Positions 29,650 to 41,491 are shown, counted from the first letter of the stretch. The stretch: 64,000 nucleotides of DNA from Bdellovibrionota bacterium (GCA_041740355.1 JBGSMD010000020.1:17608-81607); one strand, 5' to 3'. Made by a program: numbers and translations. Notes: generated from the letters alone by a model not told the origin.

Positions 29650-30370
29650 ATCAGTTGGTATTATTGGTTTTGGCGCGATGGGTCAGCTGATAGCTGAGCA
29701 GGCTAAGAACTTTATTGAAAAAACACATATCAAAATTGTTGAGGCCAACACCTTACCATCTAGTTTTGAATATCAAAAAATTTCCTTTGAAGAACTAAAA
29801 ACTTGCGATTTGATTATTCCGGCTGTTTCAGCAAAGAGCCTTAAAGACGTTATTATTAAATTGGAAGAATTAAATTTAAATGGTAATCAAATCGTCTGTT
29901 CAATCGCAGCCACAATGTCTTACGCTGAAAAAATTCTGCGTGCGCATTTAACTTCGGCGCAAATTGTTTTAACGCATCCACTTTTTGGACCAGCTAGCTT
30001 AAAAGAAAATGAAAATTCTCTAAAAAACTTAGAAGTTGTTTTATGTTTAAATTATTGTCGTTCCGCAAATAAATCTTTAATTAAAGATTTCCTCATCAAA
30101 CTAGGGCTTATTGCCCAAGAGATTAACTGCAAAGAACATGATCAAATAATGGCAAAGAATCATTTAATTCCATTTTTACTTAGTCACCTGTTAAAAGACT
30201 ACGATTTTATTAAGTCAGACTTTCGTACAAAGTCTTTTAATCAATTATTAAAATTTCTAGATCACACATCATACAATCCTGGAGTGCTGGAAGAAATGAT
30301 TACCTATAATCCTTATGCTCAAGAGGAGCTTAATAATTTTAAGACCTTATTTAGTAAGTACATTAAATAG
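29639..30370 (+). CDS. Prephenate/arogenate dehydrogenase (TyrA-like)
   Basis: GIIGFGAMG Rossmann motif, THPLFGP, EHDQIMA. Confidence 0.8.
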   Translation: MQIKSVGIIGFGAMGQLIAEQAKNFIEKTHIKIVEANTLPSSFEYQKISFEELKTCDLIIPAVSAKSLKDVIIKLEELNLNGNQIVCSIAATMSYAEKILRAHLTSAQIVLTHPLFGPASLKENENSLKNLEVVLCLNYCRSANKSLIKDFLIKLGLIAQEINCKEHDQIMAKNHLIPFLLSHLLKDYDFIKSDFRTKSFNQLLKFLDHTSYNPGVLEEMITYNPYAQEELNNFKTLFSKYIK

Positions 30371-30562
30371 TTGCAGTCCTAGCACGCATAATTCATCAGC
30401 GGAAGTAACTGAAATAGAATTCCATCCACATTCCGATAACTTACGTCGGATTTGGAAGTTCTTAAAAATTACAATGCGTCTTCGGTAGAGCACTACTACG
30501 GTATCGTAGTAGCTATTCTAAATTACTTTAAACTCCTAGTAATTTGTACTAATCTGTTATCC

Positions 30563-31384
30563 ATGATGAAACATATTTTTTTTCTTGGACCAGTAGGAAC
30601 CTTTAGTTCACAAGTTGCTTTAAAATTATTTAATCCCAAAGAAGAACATTTAATTTCCTGTGCTAGTTTTGATGAGGTGGTGGAACAACTGACCGATGAT
30701 CATCACTTAGGAATCTTACCAATAGAAAATTCAATTAGTAACAATGTTCATCAGGTAATTGATCTGATTATTAAGAATCAATTATCGATCGTGGAAGAAG
30801 CATATCTTGCTGTAAATTTTAATCTTGTTGGTTTAGCTAAGAGCAATATCGATCTTATTAAAACTGTGATTGCTCACCCGATGGCAGCTGTGCAATGTGA
30901 GAATATTATCAAGTCCTTAGGACTTAAAGTACTTAACTCCAAGAGTAATATTCACTCCCAAGAGTTATTACTTACTAAAAACGATCCTAGTTTTGCAGCC
31001 CTAACTAACGAATTAATTGTAGACTCTGATAACCTAGAAATATTCCAATCTAATGTTGCTGATTACCAACATAATTATACGCGTTTTGTTGTAGTTCGAA
31101 GATCTCCCGTGAACTTATTACATGATGCTTCCAAGATCTCGCTTTTATTCAAAACTCCCCATCAACCGGGAAGTTTAGCCAAAATTCTTGGTAAATTAGC
31201 AGCACATCATCTAAATTTAACTAAAATTGAATCTCGGCCGATACCTGGTACAGACTGGGAATATCTTTTTTGGCTTGATCTTGAAAAAAACGAGTATAAA
31301 GTGAATAATCTGGTCCATCTTTTAGAAAATGAGGTCACTTACTTAAATATAATTGGCCTGTATCCAACTGGAAAAATATATTAA
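30563..31384 (+). CDS. pheA: Prephenate dehydratase
   Basis: [23 protein letters not shown] domain with NLTKIESRP; start moved to ATG 30563. Confidence 0.92.
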   Translation: MMKHIFFLGPVGTFSSQVALKLFNPKEEHLISCASFDEVVEQLTDDHHLGILPIENSISNNVHQVIDLIIKNQLSIVEEAYLAVNFNLVGLAKSNIDLIKTVIAHPMAAVQCENIIKSLGLKVLNSKSNIHSQELLLTKNDPSFAALTNELIVDSDNLEIFQSNVADYQHNYTRFVVVRRSPVNLLHDASKISLLFKTPHQPGSLAKILGKLAAHHLNLTKIESRPIPGTDWEYLFWLDLEKNEYKVNNLVHLLENEVTYLNIIGLYPTGKIY

Positions 31385-32613
31385 TGTTTGATTACGAAAA
31401 ACATTTTGCAGATGTTATTACCAAAGTTAAAGCGGAGAACCGTTACCGTAAATTTATTAACTTAAGTCGGCAAGTTGGCAAGTTTCCACAAGCAACTTTT
31501 GAAGGTAAAAATGTAACTGTTTGGTGTAGCAATGACTACTTAGGAATGGGACAAAATCCTGTTGTCTTAAAGGCCATGGAAGATGCTATTAGAGTTTATG
31601 GCGCAGGATCTGGTGGAACAAGAAATATTTCTGGTACTCATGCAAAAATTATTGAATTAGAAACAGAACTTGCTGACTTACACCATAAAGATGCAGGCTT
31701 AGTTTTTGGTTCTGGCTATCTCTGTAATCAAACAGTACTTGCTACCCTTGGCAAAATCCTACCCAATTTAGTCTACTTCTCTGACCGACTAAACCATGCT
31801 TCGATGATTGAAGGAATTAAACATTCCAATGTTGAACGGGCAATTTTTGAACATAACGATCTAGAGCATTTGGAACAATTACTTAAAGCTTATCCAGTTG
31901 ATCGCCCCAAGATGATTGTCTTTGAGGCGATCTACTCGATGGATGCCGATCTTGCTCCGGTAAAAGCAATCTGCGAACTTGCAAAAAAATATGGAGCTAT
32001 GACTTACATTGATGAGGTTCATGCGGTCGGCATGTATGGAGCCCGGGGAGGCGGTCTAAGTGATCAACTTGGATTATCCGCTGACTTAACAATTATTCAA
32101 GGTACATTAGCCAAAGCTTATGGTTGTTTAGGTGGATACATCACTGGCAGTAGCAGCTTAATTGATGCCGTTCGTTCATTTGCCCCTGGTTTTATTTTCA
32201 CAACATCTATTACTCCAGCATTAGCAGCGGGAGCTATTGCCAGCATTCAATATTTAAAAAACTCGATATCGGAACGAACACAACTTTTACTTCGTGCCAA
32301 ACAATTAAAAACCGCTTTAAATAAATATAAAATTAATTTCATAGACGAGCCAAGTCACATAGTTCCAATAATTATTGGCGATCCAAAACTTTGCCAACAA
32401 CTAGCTGAATATTTATTAAGCGAACATCAAATTTATGTTCAAGCAATTAATTATCCAACAGTCCCAAGAGGAACTGAACGGTTAAGAATTACACCAAGCC
32501 CTGAACACACGGAAGAGATGATCGAAAAATTTGCTTTAGCAATTAGGACATTCCTAAATCTTGGATTAGTATTTAAGCAATCTAACACTAGTACTTCCGA
32601 ACAAACTATTTAA
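31384..32613 (+). CDS. hemA: 5-aminolevulinate synthase (Shemin/C4 pathway)
   Basis: [72 protein letters not shown]. Confidence 0.92.
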   Translation: MFDYEKHFADVITKVKAENRYRKFINLSRQVGKFPQATFEGKNVTVWCSNDYLGMGQNPVVLKAMEDAIRVYGAGSGGTRNISGTHAKIIELETELADLHHKDAGLVFGSGYLCNQTVLATLGKILPNLVYFSDRLNHASMIEGIKHSNVERAIFEHNDLEHLEQLLKAYPVDRPKMIVFEAIYSMDADLAPVKAICELAKKYGAMTYIDEVHAVGMYGARGGGLSDQLGLSADLTIIQGTLAKAYGCLGGYITGSSSLIDAVRSFAPGFIFTTSITPALAAGAIASIQYLKNSISERTQLLLRAKQLKTALNKYKINFIDEPSHIVPIIIGDPKLCQQLAEYLLSEHQIYVQAINYPTVPRGTERLRITPSPEHTEEMIEKFALAIRTFLNLGLVFKQSNTSTSEQTI

Positions 32614-35596
32614 TGAAAGGTGTTAACTCTTTGACACTACGCCGATCATAAAAACGCAAATCCGTAGCAGTTGAGAATGCTGGTATTACCAAATTATCCC
32701 ATAATGCTTTAAATTGTTTTTTCGTTGTGTTGTCGTAAATCCCTAATCCACGTCCAGTTTCATTACGAATAATCAGGTCATAAGTATCTAAGGTGAAATA
32801 AGAGTAAGGTGCTTGTAAAGCATTGAGTGAATTTGCTAAATAGAGTACCGGAAAAACTTCTTTTTCTGCACCAAGATCACTTAAGGTTTCTTGCCAGATA
32901 ACTGCCTTCTCCATCATGTAATAAGGATTGATATTTCCAACAACTTGCCCCTTATGAAAATTTGCCAATGTTAAATTAAATAAATCTGAATAACACTGTC
33001 CTGCCTCTACAGCTGCTAAAATTTGCTGATGTGCTAAATAATTTTGACGATCGCTATATACATTATTGTTAAGACCTTTAAGTGGCACACCCCAAATATC
33101 TTGATTGTTTGCTAAAAAACGAATCAATAATGTTTCATCTCTATCCTCTGTTCGCATCACATTACCGAAGCCACCAGCTAGACTTGTTCCACAGCCAACT
33201 CTGTAAACCGGCAATTCAAGTTCTTCGCCTAATTGTAATATCTTTTCAGGTCTTAGATTACTATGCTTACTATCTAGGACTGAGGAGTCTAGCTTACTAA
33301 ATTTTCCAATCGGATACAGACATTTGGCTAATTCTTTGTCCAATATTTCGACTGGAATTAAGAATGCTAATTGTCCTGAATAATTATGATAATGGTCATT
33401 AAATACTAGATAAGCATATTTAATATGATTAATAGTAAGTCTTGGATCTTGCGAGTTAGCAAAAGCTTTAAACGCCCGAGTTAAATAAGTTTTTGTTTTA
33501 GGATAATATTCCAAGGAGGTAGCTAACCAAGGCCAACTTTCTTGATACTTTATCAAAGGTTTCTTTCCGCTTTCTAAGTTAAATAAATTTTCAATTTTGG
33601 GATAAGAAAATTTAAAACCTTTACCTGGGTAAGAATTACGATCTAAAGAGTGAATTGCTTCCACCGTATGGAAAACAATTTGTCCAAAATCTGCTAGTAG
33701 AGGTTCGGGACCCCTGGCATCATAAGTCAGCGATCCGAAACTACGGTAATCTTGATACATCCGTTTAAAACTTACCCCTAGATCCTGCTGCATTTTAGCT
33801 ATTAAGTCGGGGTTCGATGTGGGTAAGCGATCGGCATTTACAAATCTGACGAAGGTCCGACTATGAATTTCTTCCTCACTAAGTCCGTGTGTAGGGGAAT
33901 TTATAATCAGGGTCAACAAACTATCAAAAGTAATTGCCTGATACTCCGGCAGAGAATAGCGACTCAAGTCTTCTACATTTAAAAACTTATCAACTAAGTC
34001 TGTTAAATTTCGCTCTAAATATCCACTAGTTACAGCAAAAATCAAATTTAATTTATCATTCGCTATTGGTAATTCTAAAAGCTGTTTGCAGAGAAAATCT
34101 CGCAAATTTTCATCGGCCATGCAGATGAAACAATTCGCGATGATACTTATCTTAAAGAGCGGCAGTCTTTCCGACATTGCCGATAATAGGTCTTCTATAA
34201 AATCTAAATTCTGTACATTATAAATCGCACGCAACTCTCTTGTTTCTTCTAAGATAATTTGAAGATTAAAAAATTTATTTAAATCTTGGCCTTCTCTGAT
34301 TAATAATTCCAGATTTAAAAATTCGGAGATATCGTTGGGCTTCGCGTCTGGAGTTGAATATTTTTGGCTAAAAACATCATTTAGGACTCCATATAGTTTT
34401 AAACGAAAATCTAAATCATCTGCGGAAAGGCTATCTTGATAATCAAGAATTTTTTTAATCCACGAAGGCCAAGAAGAATCGACTTCAAAATATTCAGGAT
34501 ATTGATTTGCCAGTGATAAAAGGGATAAATCTTCGGTTGGTGCTTGATGATAACAAGAATTTAATTGATTAACCATCGACAGGGTACCCTCAGAAAGGAG
34601 ACCTAGTCTTGCGGTTCTTTGCACATTAGCACCATTAATATCTAGTAATTCCTCAAGATAACTGAGAGAAAAAGAATCGATATTATTTAAAAGATCAATC
34701 ACCAAGGGACCTTTACCCACCATTAATTGGTCTCGAATCGCCTCAGCTTTTAGTGGCTCTGGTATTTGGGCAGCAAGGACTTCTACAATCTTTAGTAAGG
34801 TAACAATTGGATCTTCAGAATCTAAAATCTGACTGACTAAATTTGAATACGCGGGTAATTCTATTGTAACTAAAAACTGTTCTAATCCCCTTAAGCCAAT
34901 GTTTAAATCATATCCTTTAGAATAACCGGAACTCTCCTGAAGAAATGAAGAATAAAGATCACTGGGATTATCAAGCTGATCAATAAATAATTTACTCACT
35001 GTAATAATATTTTTAATGAATCGACTTGTTTTTTCACCTATTAGTGGAACTTGACTGAGCGTTTCTAAGATTAATAATTCCCGATCCGCTTGTTTTACAT
35101 CTTGTTCTATAATCTTTATTGCTAGAAGCAAGTCAGCATAAATTTTTTGTCGCACCTCAAAACTTAAGGATCGATTACCTTCAATCTTAAGTGCCATTAT
35201 CTGAGCTTCCTGAGTGATTACTTCTGATGAAGTAACTTCCTTTAGCTTACTGATAAAAATATCTACACTTAAAACCCCAAGTAATGATAAATCATTCTTA
35301 GCTGCTGTAGTTAGCGATTGTATTTGGTAACTCTTAAGCAGGTCTTCCCGCACTTCGCTCGGGCTTTTTTTGAGTAGGTCTGCAATTTGAATAACATCTT
35401 GAATTGAAACGGTTTGTGATTCTGCAAGACTAGTTAAGAGACTTCTCCAAGCAAGCCCTGAAAGATTCAACTGATTTATTGCGCTGCTAGTATTAACAAT
35501 ATCCAATTCTATATTAGCTACATTTGTGAATAGTTCTCCAAGCCGAATTTCAATTTCGTTTTGAGTCGGTGCTAAAATATTCTGTGGTGATAGCAT
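32606..35596 (-). CDS. Large hypothetical protein (996 aa)
   Basis: Long open frame, helical Leu-rich N-half; no motif recognised. Confidence 0.75.
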   Translation of the reverse strand: MLSPQNILAPTQNEIEIRLGELFTNVANIELDIVNTSSAINQLNLSGLAWRSLLTSLAESQTVSIQDVIQIADLLKKSPSEVREDLLKSYQIQSLTTAAKNDLSLLGVLSVDIFISKLKEVTSSEVITQEAQIMALKIEGNRSLSFEVRQKIYADLLLAIKIIEQDVKQADRELLILETLSQVPLIGEKTSRFIKNIITVSKLFIDQLDNPSDLYSSFLQESSGYSKGYDLNIGLRGLEQFLVTIELPAYSNLVSQILDSEDPIVTLLKIVEVLAAQIPEPLKAEAIRDQLMVGKGPLVIDLLNNIDSFSLSYLEELLDINGANVQRTARLGLLSEGTLSMVNQLNSCYHQAPTEDLSLLSLANQYPEYFEVDSSWPSWIKKILDYQDSLSADDLDFRLKLYGVLNDVFSQKYSTPDAKPNDISEFLNLELLIREGQDLNKFFNLQIILEETRELRAIYNVQNLDFIEDLLSAMSERLPLFKISIIANCFICMADENLRDFLCKQLLELPIANDKLNLIFAVTSGYLERNLTDLVDKFLNVEDLSRYSLPEYQAITFDSLLTLIINSPTHGLSEEEIHSRTFVRFVNADRLPTSNPDLIAKMQQDLGVSFKRMYQDYRSFGSLTYDARGPEPLLADFGQIVFHTVEAIHSLDRNSYPGKGFKFSYPKIENLFNLESGKKPLIKYQESWPWLATSLEYYPKTKTYLTRAFKAFANSQDPRLTINHIKYAYLVFNDHYHNYSGQLAFLIPVEILDKELAKCLYPIGKFSKLDSSVLDSKHSNLRPEKILQLGEELELPVYRVGCGTSLAGGFGNVMRTEDRDETLLIRFLANNQDIWGVPLKGLNNNVYSDRQNYLAHQQILAAVEAGQCYSDLFNLTLANFHKGQVVGNINPYYMMEKAVIWQETLSDLGAEKEVFPVLYLANSLNALQAPYSYFTLDTYDLIIRNETGRGLGIYDNTTKKQFKALWDNLVIPAFSTATDLRFYDRRSVKELTPFIK

Positions 35597-35606
35597 TTGA
35601 TTTATT

Positions 35607-35751
35607 TATAGTTATGAATAAAAGTAATTTCTGAATATTTAAAAGTTAGTTTTGTGATTTTTGTCATAACTAAATGATATTATTGTCCCTACGGGGGATA
35701 GTAAGCCCCAAAAAGGAATTCCCTACGGAAATAATTTTTGGACTTACTATA
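35607..35751 (-). repeat. Family R1 composite repeat (reverse orientation, B-linker-A)
   Basis: TATAGTTATGAATAAAAG...TTTTTGTCATAACTA - linker - GATAGTAAGCCCCAAAAAGG...TTTTTGGACTTACTATA. Confidence 0.9.
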
Positions 35752-35752
35752 A

Positions 35753-35986
35753 TTAATCTTTGCATGGACACCAAGGAATGATTTGTGGATGCACCGGAAA
35801 TGTATTCGGAGGAGTATCTGGTGTCGGAATAATTTTGGGAGAAGGCACGGTGCGTGGATTGGGCAATGGCTCTGCGGGAGGAAGTGTCGGCGGCTTTTCT
35901 TTTGGGCTTGGCTTGGGAGGAGATTTATCGGGTTCGACCTGCGGTTCCTTAGGTGGTACTAACGGTTTAGGAAAATTCTTAAACAT
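35753..35986 (-). CDS. Small proline-rich protein
   Basis: MFKNFPKPLVPPKEP...WCPCKD; about one third Pro in an AT-rich genome. Confidence 0.5.
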   Translation of the reverse strand: MFKNFPKPLVPPKEPQVEPDKSPPKPSPKEKPPTLPPAEPLPNPRTVPSPKIIPTPDTPPNTFPVHPQIIPWCPCKD

Positions 35987-36022
35987 AATACAAAAGAAAT
36001 TTATTTTGAAGAATAGAAAAAC

Positions 36023-36256
36023 TATAGTCATCCCAAGAAATAATTTCCGTTAGGAAATTATAAAACAGATCATGACGATAGAAGCGACCAGCGGGAGCCA
36101 AAAGACAAATAGTAAACCCAACTTTAAAAAACAGAGTTAAGCCATAGGTTTATCTATAAACTTAGATCCTTAAATTACTTCAGGGTAAAAAATATAAGGG
36201 TCAGCAAAAGTCTTAATTAATCTATTTATCGGAAATCCATTTTTGGGTTTACTATA
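36023..36256 (+). repeat. Family R1-related composite (short hairpin D + linker + long module C)
   Basis: TATAGTCAT...ATGACGATA; linker GAAGCGACCAGCGGGAGCCAAAAGACAA; ATAGTAAACCCA...TGGGTTTACTATA; 36072-36256 colinear with 43857-44040. Confidence 0.88.
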
Positions 36257-36342
36257 TCCTTATTCAAAGCTAAGCATTCAAAATTATAAGGGAATCCATT
36301 TCTTAGTCAATAAAGACCATTATTTGCAGGTCTAAAAGTGAC

Positions 36343-37560
36343 TCATTTCTTGATTATTTGGAATTGCTCTAATCCTGCCCCAATAATTTCTGCTGATTTG
36401 GTCAGTAAGTCTTGCTCTATCACTCCTGCGATTCGCACCTGATTAAGACCTAGGTTTGGAGTAATATAAAATCCAGCAGCAGGTGCTAGAAAAACTGTTG
36501 CCCCATTCAGCTCAAAATCAGACAACATGTACTTAATAAAATCAGTAGCATTACTGACTGGCAGTTCTAAGATCGAATAAAACGCACCATGAGGATTAAA
36601 AGCTTTAACATGGGGAATTTTACTTAATCCAAGGTGTAAAGCATCTCGACGTTCTTGATATTCATTACATACTTGTTGCACAAAATCTGGCGAAATGTTT
36701 GCTAACAAATAACTGGCTGCCAGCTGATCAATCGTTGGACTTGCCAAACGAGCTTGGGCTAAACTTAAAGTTTTAAGTAAAAAATCCATGTTAGCACTAA
36801 TCAAACAACCAATTCGTGCACCACAAAGATTAAATCTTTTTGATAAACTATCAATTACAATCACATGCTGACTACTAGGAGCAATTTCTAAGACTGATCG
36901 ATTTTGTCGCCCATCAAAAACTAGATCGCGATAGGTCTCATCCACAATTAAAAATAGGCTATGATCTTCACAAAGCTCCAGCAATTCTTTGATCTGCTCT
37001 TCGGAGTAAAGTGTTCCTGTCGGATTATTGGGATTACAAATTAAAATTGCTCGAGTATTAGCGGTTAATTTACTAACTACTTCTTTAATTGGTGGCAGGC
37101 TAAAGCCTGTTTCTAATGTCGTTGAAACAGGAACTAGATGTACTCCTGAAATGGCCGCAAAACCCATGTAATTAGCATATGTTGGTTCAAACACAATGAC
37201 TTCTGCTCCTGGATCGCAAGTTACCATGAAAGAAAAAACCAGGGCTTCACTAGCTCCTGTAGTAATCAGCATTTGTTCGGGAGCAACATCTAAATTATTA
37301 GCCCGCTTTAAATACTTACACCAATTCGTTCTAACATCTAAGTTTCCTTCGGAAATTTCATAGGCCACTACCTTAGAATCAAATTTACGAAGCCCTACAA
37401 AAAATTCTGGAGGTGTTTCAAGGTCAGGCTGACCGATATTCAACCCGTAAACAGTCTTATTAGCTCTGGCAATCCTAGCTAAGGGACTCAAGCTGCGGAT
37501 TGGCGATGCCGGAGTATTAATAGCACGGCTGGAAAGTAAGGGATTAGATTTATTCACCAT
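36343..37560 (-). CDS. Class I/II PLP aminotransferase (AspAT-like)
   Basis: LNIGQPD, TTGASEA, CNPNNPTG, DETY, DSLSKRFNLCGARIG; start at MVNKS. Confidence 0.92.
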   Translation of the reverse strand: MVNKSNPLLSSRAINTPASPIRSLSPLARIARANKTVYGLNIGQPDLETPPEFFVGLRKFDSKVVAYEISEGNLDVRTNWCKYLKRANNLDVAPEQMLITTGASEALVFSFMVTCDPGAEVIVFEPTYANYMGFAAISGVHLVPVSTTLETGFSLPPIKEVVSKLTANTRAILICNPNNPTGTLYSEEQIKELLELCEDHSLFLIVDETYRDLVFDGRQNRSVLEIAPSSQHVIVIDSLSKRFNLCGARIGCLISANMDFLLKTLSLAQARLASPTIDQLAASYLLANISPDFVQQVCNEYQERRDALHLGLSKIPHVKAFNPHGAFYSILELPVSNATDFIKYMLSDFELNGATVFLAPAAGFYITPNLGLNQVRIAGVIEQDLLTKSAEIIGAGLEQFQIIKK

Positions 37561-37602
37561 ACTATGAGATAACTTATTGTCGATCTTAGTACAAGTCCTA
37601 TT

Positions 37603-39327
37603 ATGAAACTCGTCCGTGCCCAAAATTTTAAATTACTAACGAGACTGGTGGCAGAACATCCAAAACTGCTTTTGTTTGGTTTGGGTTCGCTCTTGATTGT
37701 CAGCTTAATTAATTTAAGTATTCCCTCTTTAATTAAAGATTTTGTTGGCACTATCCCTCAAGCTAATAGCCTGACACCTGCCTTAAAATTTTCAGCTATC
37801 TTAATTATACTCTTTATTCTACAAGGACTCTTTGGTTATTTTCGAATCTTATACTTCAATCAACTAGGCTTAAGCATTATCACAAAAATGCGCAAACAAA
37901 TATTCGATGCAATCATTGCCAAGAAAATTCAGTTTTTTGAAACAGCTAAAACTGGCGATTTAATTTCTAGATTAAATACTGATACTCAATTACTACAAGA
38001 AGTTATCTGTTCTAAACTTTCCGTAGCAATTCGCTACGCTGTGCAAGTAGTTGGTGGAATTGCTTTAATGTTTTTTATATCCTTTAAACTTAGCTTATTA
38101 ATTATAGTAGCCTTACCAATTCTGGTTATAAGTTCAATGTTCTTAGCAAAGAAACTTAAAGCGCTTTCCCTACAAATTCAAACAAATATGGGTCTTGCTT
38201 CCTCATTAGCAGAAGAAAGCTTCACGGGAATAAGAGTAATCAAAGTTTTTCCAAATCAATCATTAATTAATAATTCGTTTCACCAGTTAATCAATACAAT
38301 TAACGAGCTCAGCCTGAAGCGCTCTAAGATTAGTGCCTTCTTTCAATCCTTTATTAGCTTTCTGTTATACTCTTTAATCATTCTATTTTTACTTGCGGGC
38401 ATCTACCTAGCAAACCATCAAGAATTGGATTATCCCAATTTAACTGCTTTTGTTTTGTACTCAATCCTTGTTGCCGTTTCTTTTAGTTTTCTAGTTGCTA
38501 CTATCGATGAATTAACTAAAGGGCTTGCAGCGACAAAAAGAATTTTAGAAATCCTTAATGATACAGAAGATTCAAAACAACAAACTATTACAGTTACTTC
38601 TGATTCAATCAGCTCAATTGAAGTTCAAAATTTAAATTTTAAATATGAGAGTCGGGATCAGCTTGTAATTAAAAATTTAAATTTTAAATTAAATGTTAGT
38701 ACAATTTATTCCTTGACCGGTCCCTCGGGAGTTGGGAAAAGCACCTTGATTAATTTAATTTTAGGTTTTAATAATCCCACATCTGGGGAAATTATTTTCC
38801 ATGGTTCCAGAAATTTATCTAGCAATGTTATTGATTACATTTCTTACGTTCCGCAGAATCCAACAATTTTTGATTTTAGTATCAAAGAAAATTTATTACT
38901 AGCGAATAATTCGGCTACAACAGAAGATCTTTGGGATGTTCTAACTCACGTCCGATTAGCTGAGTTTGTTAATTCCCTTCCTGAAGGTTTAGAAACTATT
39001 TGTGGATCGCGTGGATTAGAACTAAGCGGTGGTCAGCAACAAAAACTAGCAATTGCTAGAGCGCTCTTAAAAAATGTTCCTATTTTAATTTTAGATGAAG
39101 CAACCTCTGCCCTGGATAGTGATAGCGAAGCTAATATTTTAAATTATTTGCAAAGTATTAAATCAAGCAAAATCATTTTACTAGTTTCCCATCGTCTTTC
39201 CGCGATCAAAGCTTGCGATCAGCTATTATTACTTAATTACGATCAAAGAATAATAGCCGGAACACATGAAGAAATGATCCAAAAATCAGATTATTATCAG
39301 TTTCTGATTAATCACCAAGCTGTTTAA
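37603..39327 (+). CDS. ABC exporter, fused TMD + NBD (MsbA/Mdl-like)
   Basis: About six TM helices, GPSGVGKS, LSGGQQQ, ILDEATSALD, SHR. Confidence 0.93.
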   Translation: MKLVRAQNFKLLTRLVAEHPKLLLFGLGSLLIVSLINLSIPSLIKDFVGTIPQANSLTPALKFSAILIILFILQGLFGYFRILYFNQLGLSIITKMRKQIFDAIIAKKIQFFETAKTGDLISRLNTDTQLLQEVICSKLSVAIRYAVQVVGGIALMFFISFKLSLLIIVALPILVISSMFLAKKLKALSLQIQTNMGLASSLAEESFTGIRVIKVFPNQSLINNSFHQLINTINELSLKRSKISAFFQSFISFLLYSLIILFLLAGIYLANHQELDYPNLTAFVLYSILVAVSFSFLVATIDELTKGLAATKRILEILNDTEDSKQQTITVTSDSISSIEVQNLNFKYESRDQLVIKNLNFKLNVSTIYSLTGPSGVGKSTLINLILGFNNPTSGEIIFHGSRNLSSNVIDYISYVPQNPTIFDFSIKENLLLANNSATTEDLWDVLTHVRLAEFVNSLPEGLETICGSRGLELSGGQQQKLAIARALLKNVPILILDEATSALDSDSEANILNYLQSIKSSKIILLVSHRLSAIKACDQLLLLNYDQRIIAGTHEEMIQKSDYYQFLINHQAV

Positions 39328-39435
39328 ACGCTCATCAAGTTCACTTTTAATAACGATTATTCAATCAATTCATTTTCAAGTTGACTAGCTAGCGCTATTG
39401 ATTTCTAATGCTCATCAATAATCAAGGAAATACAA

Positions 39436-39948
39436 ATGTTAGTTGCAATTTATAGTTCTGGTCCCAAAGCTGGTCAATTAGCATCCACCGCCGATGCTAT
39501 TCGTGGATACCCAGGTAATAGAGAGGTCGCACTTTCGGAACTTGGCATTCGAGAAAAAAGCATGCCGACATCACTGAGAACGGCACTTTTAAAGCAAAAA
39601 AATCCAACCTATCCTGTTGAATATCGATCTCCTTCAATAGAAATTAAAAAACCTACCCGAATTAATTTAGCTTCCGAACAAATTGTTACTCCTTCCCGTA
39701 AACCACTTATACAAACTCATTCCTTTAATAATTTTAAAGGTGATAACTTACAAAGACTGGGAGAACTATTGGTATCAGGTACAAGATTTGATCTACTAAT
39801 TGTTCAAAAAGGATCAAATCGCCCTCACCCATATCAAGGCGATGCCAAGGTGAGTCGTGATGCTGATGGAGTGTATTTAGAAATTAACGCTAAAAAAGTT
39901 ACTTACCTAAAAACGGTCTTTACAATTACCGTAACCAAATTAGATTAA
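39436..39948 (+). CDS. Hypothetical protein
   Basis: 170-aa ORF filling the gap, AAGGA upstream; no motif recognised. Confidence 0.55.
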   Translation: MLVAIYSSGPKAGQLASTADAIRGYPGNREVALSELGIREKSMPTSLRTALLKQKNPTYPVEYRSPSIEIKKPTRINLASEQIVTPSRKPLIQTHSFNNFKGDNLQRLGELLVSGTRFDLLIVQKGSNRPHPYQGDAKVSRDADGVYLEINAKKVTYLKTVFTITVTKLD

Positions 39949-39970
39949 TTTAATAAGTAAAAGTTCCAAG

Positions 39971-41491
39971 CTAATATGATTTAGCAAATATGGCATCAAG
40001 TGTAGATTCTCTGCCTGTGACTACACAATGGCCCGTCGTTCCACTTTGTTCCAAAGGAAAGCAGCGAATTGTTATTTTCAAGGCTTTCAGTTTTTCTTCC
40101 TCTACAGAATCGCCGCACCATTTTGCTAATACAAAACCCCCATGAATTTCTGGATTATCGGCGTTCTTTGGAGTAAAGAATGCTTTCATTGATTCCCAAT
40201 CCAAAATATCTCTTCGGATATTTTCTTCTAAGAATTGCTTAGCTTGATCGAAATAGTTTTTTTGTATCTCAGCTAAAATTAGAGGAACCTGTTCAATTAA
40301 CTCCCCCAAAGTAAGGAAAGATTTTTCTTTGTGTGGTCGGTCACGACGCATTAAAACACACTTTTGATTTTCCAAATCTCGTGGCCCCACTTCAATTCGA
40401 AGCGGAATGCCTTTCTTGATCCACTGCCAACTTTTCTCTCCGCCGCGAATATCACGGGAATCAAGTTGAACAGTAATTTGATAATCATCAAATCGACAAC
40501 TAGTCAGTAATTTCCGAAGTTTTTCAGCATATTCCATCACAGCTGTTCGACATTCTTCATTAGGAATGACTGGCAAAATCACAATCTGTTTTTGGGCTAC
40601 CCTTGGTGGTACGCGAAGTCCATCATCATCAGAGTGCACCATAATCATTCCACCAATTAATCGAGTGGAAACTCCCCAAGAAGTTGTATGAGCAAATTCC
40701 TGAACACCAGCCTGATTTAGGAATTTAATTCCGGCAGCCTTAGCAAAATTTTGTCCAAGGTAATGTGAGGTACCAGCTTGAAGCGCTTTACGATCTTGCA
40801 TCATCGCTTCAATACAAAGAGTATCCACCGCACCTGGGAATCGCTCCCCTTCTGATTTGCGTCCTCTAATAACTGGTAGCGCTAAAACATTTTCACACAA
40901 CTCTGTGTAAACATCTAACATCTTATCTACTTCTTCTCGAGCTTCACTTTCTGTAGCATGAGCAGTATGACCTTCTTGCCATAAAAATTCAGCAGTACGC
41001 AAAAAAAGCCTAGTCCTCATTTCCCAACGAAAAACATTTGCCCATTGGTTAATTAGAATTGGAAGATCGCGATAGGATGTAACCCATTTAGCAAAAGCGT
41101 CTCCAATAATTGTCTCAGACGTTGGGCGTATAATTAATGGCTCCTCTAGTTCTCCCGCAGGAACGAGCTTGCCATCTTTTGCTTCCAAGCGGTGGTGAGT
41201 AACAACGGCGCATTCTTTAGCAAAGCCCTCCACGTGACTAGCTTCCTTTTCTAAAAATGAAACCGGAATCAACAAAGGGAAATAGGCATTTTCGTGTCCA
41301 GTTTCTTTAATCATATGATCAAGACGTTTTTGTAGATTCTCCCAAATCCCATATCCCCAAGGCTTAATCACCATACATCCCCGAACGGGTGACACTTCAG
41401 CTAAATCTGCTGCCTTTACTACTTGCTGATACCACTCTGGATAATTTTCAGCTCTGCTTGGACTAATGGCATTCTGCTCTTTATTAGACAT
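39971..41491 (-). CDS. proS: Prolyl-tRNA synthetase (eukaryote/archaeal type)
   Basis: RPTSET, QWANVFRWE..TRLFLRTAEFLWQEGHT, LQAGTSHYLGQNF, C-terminal AKSY. Confidence 0.97.
   Translation of the reverse strand: MSNKEQNAISPSRAENYPEWYQQVVKAADLAEVSPVRGCMVIKPWGYGIWENLQKRLDHMIKETGHENAYFPLLIPVSFLEKEASHVEGFAKECAVVTHHRLEAKDGKLVPAGELEEPLIIRPTSETIIGDAFAKWVTSYRDLPILINQWANVFRWEMRTRLFLRTAEFLWQEGHTAHATESEAREEVDKMLDVYTELCENVLALPVIRGRKSEGERFPGAVDTLCIEAMMQDRKALQAGTSHYLGQNFAKAAGIKFLNQAGVQEFAHTTSWGVSTRLIGGMIMVHSDDDGLRVPPRVAQKQIVILPVIPNEECRTAVMEYAEKLRKLLTSCRFDDYQITVQLDSRDIRGGEKSWQWIKKGIPLRIEVGPRDLENQKCVLMRRDRPHKEKSFLTLGELIEQVPLILAEIQKNYFDQAKQFLEENIRRDILDWESMKAFFTPKNADNPEIHGGFVLAKWCGDSVEEEKLKALKITIRCFPLEQSGTTGHCVVTGRESTLDAIFAKSY

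Noticed and set aside
35760-36053. Gly-rich 97-aa plus-strand ORF
   Set aside because: Mirror of the Pro-rich minus-strand ORF and ends within a repeat; the strand choice is not certain
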